38,649 nt of DNA, taken from the NCBI GenBank assembly GCA_023334545.1, contig JAADVB010000183.1, forward strand, positions 1 to 38,649, read 5' to 3'. The stretch comes from Salisapilia sapeloensis CBS 127946. Its lineage: Eukaryota > Protista > Oomycota. The first letter of the stretch is position 1. Each line of letters opens with the position of its first letter. Of this stretch, positions 30,777 to 38,649 are shown piece after piece. Both the position numbers and the translations under genes were made by a program. The notes under the pieces are model-generated. The model made no database searches. It had not been told where the DNA came from and saw nothing but the letters and a program-made list of their open reading frames with translations.

Positions 30777-31028
30777 GATCCCAGCGACCCGTCAGATTGG
30801 TTATGATGAATCGCTTCTACTTCAAAAGGACAATGAAGATGAAACGACAAGCAGTAGAGCGAAACTTTTTCTCTTCCATCATTTAAAACTCAGAATCCTA
30901 ATTGAAACCAACGCGCCATATCCAAGGCTTAGAGCCACAAGAGTGAAGGATACAATCGAGAATAGTATTCGATTACGCAGAAACGGATGCATCGCATTCG
31001 TTCGTTTCTATGGTAGCTAGTATCTGAA

Positions 31029-34000
31029 TCAGGCATCGGCCGTTGGAACAGAAACGGACGTATCCATGCCAGCAATCGCATCCGACCATACACGCACTGT
31101 GTACTTCTCACTGTCTGCGATCGGCACATTGAACGTCGACTTGGCACCGTGTCTCCAGACAACGTGCTTCAGATGCACCAAGTCCTCTCCTTCGATCAAG
31201 GCAATGTAGAAGCCGTACGGTCGTGGCTTTTGGAAACGCTTTCCCTGGACACTGACGCTACCAGTGCTCTTCTTACCAAGTTGCTTGAGCTCCACAACTA
31301 CACCTTCCTTGTGCATCACTTCCACATTAAACGACGGGATGTCTTCCAGTGTCTTGAAAAAGTCTTTCACGGCCGCATTCTTCATACCTGCACTCTGTAC
31401 CATTTTCGAGACACTCTGCCTCTTCTTCGTGTCCGCCACGACTTCGACGAGATCTTGCAGCTTTAAGAGTTGACTCTTGTTCATTTCTTCCTTGAGCTTT
31501 GACGACACATGCGGCAGTTGATCCAACTCTTTCGACCTATGCGTATCATCCGACGCCATGGGCCAAATAGATTGCGTGACACCTTGACTGAGCTTGGCAC
31601 AAGCTTCCACGAGTCTCCACTTCTTCTTCATAGCACACAAGTCCGTCAAGGCACTTAGCAACCGAGGCATCTGGTCCAACAAGGACCGCAAGTCATTCGC
31701 AAAGTCACTTGATGGCATCACAAGACGCTGCAAGTGCATCTGCATCAACAAACAGCTCTTGACTTCACTCCCGTGCGTTTCCAATAGAGCTCCCTGTTTT
31801 CTCTGAGACTTAAACAACGCATTTAACGGAGAGAAGGCGACACGAGCGCTCAGATCTTGGATCAAATTGCTCTGGACTTCGTAATGTCGCAACGGAATCG
31901 CGTCCTGAAGCTCACTACTTGCTTCACAAACGACGCAGATGAGACATTGGATCAACTGGTCGAACGTCAAGTCATCCACTTTCAACTTGTCAATGGCTTC
32001 ATGCATATATGCCACCGTCGTCGTATCTACATACAAGGCAGCTGCAATCTTCCCAACGGATGTCGAAGCGAAGCCTGCATCCGTCGTACGCACACACTTG
32101 CGTTTGATCAGCGCATCTTTATTCGCTTGAACAAGTGATCGGAAAAATTCGGCCAAGTCGCCTTCACCCAGATCCGAACCATAGTACTGTGAGTTCTTCA
32201 TCGCACGTTGGAAGAGAAGACTCCAGCTCAAGTACTCGATCATATGCGCTTCCGTACGCACGAGACCGGCAGCAATCTCAGCGTTCAAGTGGTTCGTCAA
32301 GTGGTCTCCCAAGCAAGATTCAATCGCCAGTGGCTCATACAGACACCGCTGGACCATATTCTTCCGGCTGTCCTCTAGAAGGACACAAGCGACGCCTTCC
32401 GTGTCCAGCAACGGACGTCCCGCACGTCCAATCATCTGAAGGATGTCGCTCATGGGATATGGCTGGTACCTTCCGTTCTGGAAGAACTGTGTTCCTTTCA
32501 CGACGACCAAGTGTGCTGGGAGGTTGACACCCCACGCCAGTGTCGATGTGGATATAACGACTTGGATCATTTTGTCTCGGAAGAGCTGTTCCACCAGCTC
32601 CCGATCGCCTCGACGCAGGCCGGCGTGGTGGAGACCAATGCCAAAGGCCAGTGTGTGTCGTAGGTTCTCATCCTGAACCTTGTACCCCGATCGTCCGTTC
32701 AACAGCTCATCCATCACCTCTTCCTCCATATGCAGGAAAGGCTTTGCGCCAGCACCTTCAGCAGTCGAAACGCAGAAGGCAATGAGATCGAGAGCAGTGA
32801 GCTTCGTCTGTGCTCGAGAAGACACAAAGACGAGAGCTGGCTGGTGCTTCGAGTGCGCTTGGATAGCCATGAACACTGGCTTGTTCATCGCTGCCATGCG
32901 TGACACATAGTGACGTTCCGGGAAGCCTTGGACGTGTACCTGCAACGGAACAGGACGCACGGACGATCGAAAGTTGTAGACGTGTCCCCTCTTTTCGGAT
33001 GCACCGAGCCAATGACCAACGTCCTTGGGGTTCGCAAGAGCAGTCGACAAACCCACGAGACGTATGCTCGACGCATCCGACTTTTGGAAACGACGAAGAC
33101 GACTGACGAGGACTTCCAGGACAGCTCCACGAGGTGCATCTCCAACCAAATGCACTTCATCAATGACGACAAGCGCAGTCTGTTGCATGAGTTTCCTACC
33201 GATGCCGTGGCTTCTCGTGAGCATGTCCCACTTCTCCGGAGTCGTGACAATGATATCTGCTTTCGAAAGTAAGAAATGGATGTTAGCGACAGTATCCCCC
33301 GTCACTTCGACTGTCACCTTGCCTAAACTACCAAAACGCAACTTCCACTCTTCTACTTTCTCTCGCGCAAGTGCTTTCAACGGCGCTACGTACACGATCA
33401 ACTGTTTCCTATCACTTGTACTTTGCTTCCACACGCGCATCATGGCCAATTCAGCACACAACGTCTTACCACTCCCTGTTGGCGCACACAAAAGGACGTT
33501 GCCATCGTCATGATATATATCATGAAATACTTGTGTCTGGATCGGATTCATGTGCTGGAACTTGTCCCGATACAGACTCTCGTACGCATCGTCTTGTAGA
33601 GACGTAAGTGGCTGTGGGTGCAACTGCAGGAGCTTGGTGTACATGTCCTTCGTCGTTTCTTCCTTGCGTGGTTTATACGAAATCTCTTCCATCGCTTCCA
33701 TACCGACGAACCGATCGCTCAACACACGAACGACGTACTCTGCTTCGTCATTCGTGGTTAAAAACACAGGCAAGTAGCACTCCATCGATAGCGACTGCGT
33801 GCCTTCCTGCCATGCCACGAACTGACTTTGATGCAGAACTGTATACTCCGAGTGGTAGATGAAGCCAGACACTGCGTCCTCGACCCAGACCCAGGACCCG
33901 AGTGTTCGTCCACCAAACGCATGCTCCTTCCAATTAGGAAAGAGAGGGAGGAGCTCATACTTGAGCTTCAACATGTTCCCAGCGATCGGCTGCAGCTGTA

Positions 34001-37000
34001 CGTTGGAGATATCGATCCACGGTAGCCACGACACCCACTTCTTCACTTTCTCCGATAGATCAAAGGCATGTGGATCAGCCAAGATGTCGTACACGTCGAT
34101 CTTTTGATTATCCAATTGCGCGACAATGTCCATCGGGACATTCGGTAGCTGCAGCAGTGGATTCTGATCCAACCACATCTTCTGATCAATGCATTTCGCC
34201 ATTTGCAAGAACTTTTCCGCGCGACGCGCAGCATTCTGTTTCACTGCCATCTCGAACAAGGCACGACAGACGCGAGATGCGTTCTGACTGACGTAATTCG
34301 TATCGGAGATCAAGGTAAACGTCGACACTCGAGCGCGAGCGATCAACGCTTGGAGCAACACACTCGTCTTACCAGTATATGTCTCCAACCCACCTCCACG
34401 TACTTCGAATCTACAAAAGTTGCGCTTCAGGCGCTCCAACTCGCCCATCTCATCTTCTCTCGACTTGAGCTGCTCGAATTCGTTGCTACTACACAAGACA
34501 AGGAGCACGTGTTCCCACGAAATGTCGCCTCCTTCCTCCTCCTGTCGATCCAACAAGTCGTTAAACGTCTGGACGGACGTGTGGCGGATGTAAAAGTGAC
34601 TCGCGACTCGACCTAAAGACGTGACGGCAAAGTGCGTCGGCCCTTCCACCGGATTATCTAGTCGCATCTTCTCTCGCTTTATTTTAATCATACGGCACGC
34701 CGCGAGTTTCTGCGCTGCATCCATGATCAGCTCTCGACTTTTCTGAATCAAATCTGGATCTTGCTGCTGCTCATCAAAACGCATGCCGTACGCAAGCGGA
34801 TTACGAAGCATGCGAACGTATAAAAAGGTGTATCGAAGCCACTCGCATGCTTCCTCCAAGTTGCTCACGGTACCAGACACGATCTCAGCGTTCAAGTGGT
34901 CTGGAAGAGCCTTGATCAAAGCAGACTCCATCGGCACACCTGCCGTCAAGAGGCGAAGGTAGTGCGGCAGCTGGTCCTGCGTCGTCACCATCACAGCATC
35001 ACCTGTGGTGTCGTACTGCGGTCTTCCAGCACGTCCAAAAATCTGCATCACATCGAGCATACTCAACTGGGTCATGCCTCCCTTGTCGGTATTATACACC
35101 TGCGTGCCCTTGATGAGAACACTGTGAGCTGGTAGATTGACACCCCACGCCAGTGTGGCTGTACAACACAGTACGCGGATGTGTCCTTGCTCAAAGAGTT
35201 GTTCACTCAGATTCCGATCAGATCGGAGCATGCCGGCATGGTGAATCCCCATGCCGTAGCTAAGCAACTCTTTTAATTCTTTATTCCTACTACGCTGCAC
35301 ACGTTCTAGTAGCTGCGTCGGTATCGACAGATCCACTGGTGGTAAGAAGCTATCTAGAAGGCTCATGTCGTCTTCGTCGTTCTGAGCGATCTCGATCATA
35401 CTACGCAACGTCGCAGCGGTTTCTTTCCGAGAATGCACAAAGATCATCACTTGCTCGCCGTTCCGAGTCTGCTTCGAGCAGTGGGACAACGCGAGTTTAT
35501 TCATCAACGCAGCGACTTGGCGCTGTTTACTCATACCCGACGGAGGAGCTTTGTTCGAAGACTTGTCGTCTGCTTTGGACGAATCGAGCTTGTCGATACT
35601 CATGCCCAGTGCGTCTTTCATACCAGCATTCGCATTCACACCGATAAACGTCTGGTCTAACGGAACTGGTCGGTACGTCGAGTCGAAGAAGAAGAGACCG
35701 CCTTTGCCGCCATTCTCGGCTGCATTCTGCGCCTTGGCGTTACCAGGCGGCACGGGGACTTTGAGAAAGTGAGCCACATCTGCGTAGTTCGGGAGTGTCG
35801 CCGACAGACCGACGATCCGGATCATGCTCTGTGTCGTCTCTACTCGACGCAGCGTCCGAGCCACGATCGTTTCAATCACTGGACCACGTTCATCCGCGAG
35901 TAGATGCACTTCATCTATAATCAAGAGACGTACTTGACTCAACAGCGTCTGCTGCGCACTCGACTTGCGCGTGATGACGTCCCACTTCTCTGGCGTCGTG
36001 ACTATCACGTGCGTCTCTTCAATCTCCTTCTTCGTCAACTGCATATCTCCTGTCAATTCAGCAACCTTTAGCCGTAAACTAGCTAAACGTTGTCCGAACT
36101 TGGTCACGACTTCCTGTGCTAAAGCTTTCATCGGTGCGACATAAATGATTTTCATATTCTTCAACGCCTCTCCTCGTGATTCTTTTCGTGAGGACGCAGA
36201 GTGCTGCAATTGCATCTTGATCTCTTGCAAGATCGTTAGCATCGCGACATTCGTTTTACCTGCACCTGTCGGAGCACACACCAATAGATTCTGATTCGAA
36301 TGATATGCAGCCTGGAAGAGCTTGGACTGGAGGCGATTTAAGTGGGTCATGCCATGAAAGGCTGATTGGGCAAAGTCTTCCAAGGAAGAGATTGGAATGA
36401 GACTATCATCCCCGTCCTTCTTCCCAGCAACTTTGGCTGGGATCACCACACGTTCATACCCTTTACGATACTCACGTCGAGTGCTTTCTGGGAGCGAGAC
36501 CATACCAGCAGATGTGAGCTGTCCCGCAGCTTTAGACGTCTCGTACCCACCTTCCAACTCGCCAAATTCACGCATTAAGAGAGACGTCGACTGATTACGT
36601 TCTTCTTCCATGGCGAATTCACGCTGGAGACGAAGGACTTCTGGGTCGTATCCTGCTGCCTCGAGCCAATTCTCCGACTCGTGAGACGAGTCTTGTCCAC
36701 GATGCTTTCGCTGCGCTTTACGTAACTGCTTTTGCATCACCTGCTCGGAAGCGGTTTGGATACTAAAGGCAGCACCACTCGTATGCTTTCCTGCCATCCC
36801 ATTCTCTTGTATCTGATGTACTTGTTCTAGTTTCTCTGCACTATCTTTAGCAGCTAAAGTCGACAAATTCTGGACTACAAAAGCAATGAGATCCATTCCT
36901 TCCACGCCAACAAGACCAAACAGTTGGGCTTGGACGGTATCTGGGTCATTCACACCGTCCTGAGCAGTCTGAATGATCATTTTAGCTAGTTCATACGATG

Positions 37001-37382
37001 ATAGGAAACTTTCAGGACCAGCAGTCGACGTATACGTTTGACAGGACTGTAATAGTTTGTCCTGAATTTCGAACGGACTCTTCTTTGCCTTTCGCTGCTG
37101 GGTTTTCGATGCCGTCTTCTTTGTGAGAACAGCGGCAGCGCTATTCGCTGCAGCTTCCGCAGCATTCGCGGCTTGCAAGTCGGCATGGTCAACTGCTAGT
37201 ACCTCTAGTAGCTTGGAATAGCTGCTGGTCTCCGTACGCGTAAAAGGATCTAAGAATGTATAGTCCTGCTCGAGACGATCGACCGGTCTGCAGCTCACAC
37301 GGGCGACACTTGGACTAGACCGAGGACGTTTCAGTGCATTCTCCCTTAGCGTATCGAGAAGGGATGGTAGTGAAGTAGCCAT
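31029..37382 (-). CDS. ASCC3: ASCC3/Slh1-type tandem Ski2-like DExH helicase with two Sec63 domains (2117 aa, intronless)
   Basis: Two intact cassettes: APTGAGKT/DEVH/SAT/HHAG/QIFGRAGRP and APTGSGKT/DEVH/STA/HHAG/QMIGRAGRP. Segments such as MAAMNKP and ALVFVSSRAQTKLTALDLIAF resemble ASCC3 rather than Brr2. Confidence 0.9.
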   Translation of the reverse strand: MATSLPSLLDTLRENALKRPRSSPSVARVSCRPVDRLEQDYTFLDPFTRTETSSYSKLLEVLAVDHADLQAANAAEAAANSAAAVLTKKTASKTQQRKAKKSPFEIQDKLLQSCQTYTSTAGPESFLSSYELAKMIIQTAQDGVNDPDTVQAQLFGLVGVEGMDLIAFVVQNLSTLAAKDSAEKLEQVHQIQENGMAGKHTSGAAFSIQTASEQVMQKQLRKAQRKHRGQDSSHESENWLEAAGYDPEVLRLQREFAMEEERNQSTSLLMREFGELEGGYETSKAAGQLTSAGMVSLPESTRREYRKGYERVVIPAKVAGKKDGDDSLIPISSLEDFAQSAFHGMTHLNRLQSKLFQAAYHSNQNLLVCAPTGAGKTNVAMLTILQEIKMQLQHSASSRKESRGEALKNMKIIYVAPMKALAQEVVTKFGQRLASLRLKVAELTGDMQLTKKEIEETHVIVTTPEKWDVITRKSSAQQTLLSQVRLLIIDEVHLLADERGPVIETIVARTLRRVETTQSMIRIVGLSATLPNYADVAHFLKVPVPPGNAKAQNAAENGGKGGLFFFDSTYRPVPLDQTFIGVNANAGMKDALGMSIDKLDSSKADDKSSNKAPPSGMSKQRQVAALMNKLALSHCSKQTRNGEQVMIFVHSRKETAATLRSMIEIAQNDEDDMSLLDSFLPPVDLSIPTQLLERVQRSRNKELKELLSYGMGIHHAGMLRSDRNLSEQLFEQGHIRVLCCTATLAWGVNLPAHSVLIKGTQVYNTDKGGMTQLSMLDVMQIFGRAGRPQYDTTGDAVMVTTQDQLPHYLRLLTAGVPMESALIKALPDHLNAEIVSGTVSNLEEACEWLRYTFLYVRMLRNPLAYGMRFDEQQQDPDLIQKSRELIMDAAQKLAACRMIKIKREKMRLDNPVEGPTHFAVTSLGRVASHFYIRHTSVQTFNDLLDRQEEEGGDISWEHVLLVLCSSNEFEQLKSREDEMGELERLKRNFCRFEVRGGGLETYTGKTSVLLQALIARARVSTFTLISDTNYVSQNASRVCRALFEMAVKQNAARRAEKFLQMAKCIDQKMWLDQNPLLQLPNVPMDIVAQLDNQKIDVYDILADPHAFDLSEKVKKWVSWLPWIDISNVQLQPIAGNMLKLKYELLPLFPNWKEHAFGGRTLGSWVWVEDAVSGFIYHSEYTVLHQSQFVAWQEGTQSLSMECYLPVFLTTNDEAEYVVRVLSDRFVGMEAMEEISYKPRKEETTKDMYTKLLQLHPQPLTSLQDDAYESLYRDKFQHMNPIQTQVFHDIYHDDGNVLLCAPTGSGKTLCAELAMMRVWKQSTSDRKQLIVYVAPLKALAREKVEEWKLRFGSLGKVTVEVTGDTVANIHFLLSKADIIVTTPEKWDMLTRSHGIGRKLMQQTALVVIDEVHLVGDAPRGAVLEVLVSRLRRFQKSDASSIRLVGLSTALANPKDVGHWLGASEKRGHVYNFRSSVRPVPLQVHVQGFPERHYVSRMAAMNKPVFMAIQAHSKHQPALVFVSSRAQTKLTALDLIAFCVSTAEGAGAKPFLHMEEEVMDELLNGRSGYKVQDENLRHTLAFGIGLHHAGLRRGDRELVEQLFRDKMIQVVISTSTLAWGVNLPAHLVVVKGTQFFQNGRYQPYPMSDILQMIGRAGRPLLDTEGVACVLLEDSRKNMVQRCLYEPLAIESCLGDHLTNHLNAEIAAGLVRTEAHMIEYLSWSLLFQRAMKNSQYYGSDLGEGDLAEFFRSLVQANKDALIKRKCVRTTDAGFASTSVGKIAAALYVDTTTVAYMHEAIDKLKVDDLTFDQLIQCLICVVCEASSELQDAIPLRHYEVQSNLIQDLSARVAFSPLNALFKSQRKQGALLETHGSEVKSCLLMQMHLQRLVMPSSDFANDLRSLLDQMPRLLSALTDLCAMKKKWRLVEACAKLSQGVTQSIWPMASDDTHRSKELDQLPHVSSKLKEEMNKSQLLKLQDLVEVVADTKKRQSVSKMVQSAGMKNAAVKDFFKTLEDIPSFNVEVMHKEGVVVELKQLGKKSTGSVSVQGKRFQKPRPYGFYIALIEGEDLVHLKHVVWRHGAKSTFNVPIADSEKYTVRVWSDAIAGMDTSVSVPTADA

Positions 37383-38649
37383 GGCTTGTGTAATTGGCTT
37401 TTATGTAGATAATGAAGACCAGAAACAGGATACAGCAGTAGGTGATGGCACACGATGCCTTGGCTCTTGTTGCTGAAGCGTTCCGTGTGGCAGTTAAATT
37501 TACTTATTAAGTATGATATCTATCTACGCTGATTAGTGAAAATGAAGTAGTGATAGTGAAGACGAGAGAAAAGAAAAACATTGTTTTGTGGACTAATTAG
37601 ACCTAGAGTGGGATATCGTTGATGATGGAACTTTATAAGTCCATTGCATGCTTGCAAGTAGCTTTCTACCGATCTAGGTAACTCTTTGTAGCGGATTCGT
37701 TGAATATGCTATTGGATAGTGGTCGTATTAGAGGTATGTATGGCTTGAACAAGATGGAAGGATGGAGCGCGATGGTAATCGAGTATACGTACCGATGGAA
37801 ATCTAGATGTCTTTCGACTCTTCACAGAGCAAACGAAAAGATGCCATCGTACAAAACGCGTTATATCACAATTCTGTCTGTAGAGGATAAAGTAGTGAAT
37901 GAACTTATATTCCTAAGACGAATATAGCTCGATGGCAGCTACTTGCGAACGATTGATAGCAAAATTAAAGGAACAACTTCATCTTTATTGCGTAAAGGCA
38001 CTACGTCACTTCAAATTCAGAGCAAATCTCTCACACATAGCTACCGCCATTCAGAGCAACGTCCTGAAACGTTCTAACGAAAGGGTTGGCAGCGTACCAG
38101 CTATAACGGTATATGAAATTTGCTCCGTGATCGGCGTTTTCACTTTCAAGCATTAAACCCGTGCTAAAATGAACGGCTATACTCTTCTCGCAACCAAGAC
38201 GCTTTACACCAGAAAAAATTGCCATTAGCCGGAATAGACGATATCACATCATCGGTGCATGTGAAACTTTGTCTCAATTCGCCATTCGTCGCATCAGCAA
38301 GCAGCTACCAAATCGCTCTGATGAATAATCTCTCGCAATTACTATTAAGCTATAAATGGACATCTGCGCTCGGTTGTGATCCTAGGTCCTCTCTTGATTA
38401 GCAAACAGTGGATGGAAATTTACAGCAGTATTCTTAAATACCGTATATGCAGATCCACTAATATCGCGGTAACCACTCAAGTTCCTTAATTTTGGTGGCC
38501 TCGTTTGCATACGACGCGTTCTTGACGTCCTGTATGGTAGATGGATGGATATGAGAGCTAGGCCTTGCATGGAAGGTCTAGTAGCCAACACGACCACGAG
38601 CCATGCAATTAGCTTCCATGTTACATCTCTCGCCACGCCTATCCTCGAC

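Noticed and set aside
30484-31020. 178-aa plus-strand ORF across the CTL 5' end
   Set aside because: Antisense to CTL exons 1-2 and its promoter; no motif or coding signature.
31029-37382. Alternative identity as Brr2/SNRNP200, or an inactive second cassette
   Set aside because: The C-terminal cassette motifs are intact and ASCC3-like, so this is an ordinary ASCC3/Slh1.
37932-38649. Possible multi-exon gene entering from the right edge on the minus strand (open frame 38648-38382 with a hydrophobic stretch; GT-AG candidates)
   Set aside because: No consistent exon chain or recognisable domain could be built; it needs the adjacent sequence.
1-38649. Transposons, CRISPR-like arrays, rRNA, snRNA/snoRNA, RxLR/CRN effectors
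   Set aside because: I saw no transposase, RT or integrase motifs, LTR/TIR pairs, spaced direct repeats or matching RNA or effector signatures. A covariance-model scan could still find small RNAs.

Overview
Eukaryotic, gene-dense window, very probably from an oomycete. The evidence is a PH-domain cellulose synthase, a perfect oomycete INR-FPR core promoter, an oomycete-style TKL receptor-like kinase, short GT-AG introns and the standard genetic code. I can support 12 protein genes and one tRNA: a partial CCDC66-like coiled-coil protein, a prominin/tweety-like pentaspan protein, 2-oxoglutarate dehydrogenase E1 (3 exons), tRNA-Gln(UUG), CesA, an uncharacterised repeat protein, a small bZIP, two candidate single-TM microproteins, GPN1 (3 exons), a receptor-like pseudokinase, a single-pass membrane protein with an RS tail, a CTL/SLC44 transporter (3 exons) and an intronless ASCC3/Slh1 helicase. 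The most unusual item is the gene tail-to-tail with CesA. It encodes 5-6 tandem SH3b-like repeats fused to a FAIM-like C-terminal domain, and its first exon is hidden behind a 54-nt stop-containing intron. Other items worth checking are the TM-plus-RS protein next to a dead receptor kinase, DHTKD1-like residues in the E1o active site, two zinc-finger-like modules inside the CesA catalytic core, and a U31-U39 mismatch in the tRNA. All family calls come from motif recognition by eye. No database search was run and splice models are inferred from sequence alone. No mobile element, CRISPR array or rRNA was found.
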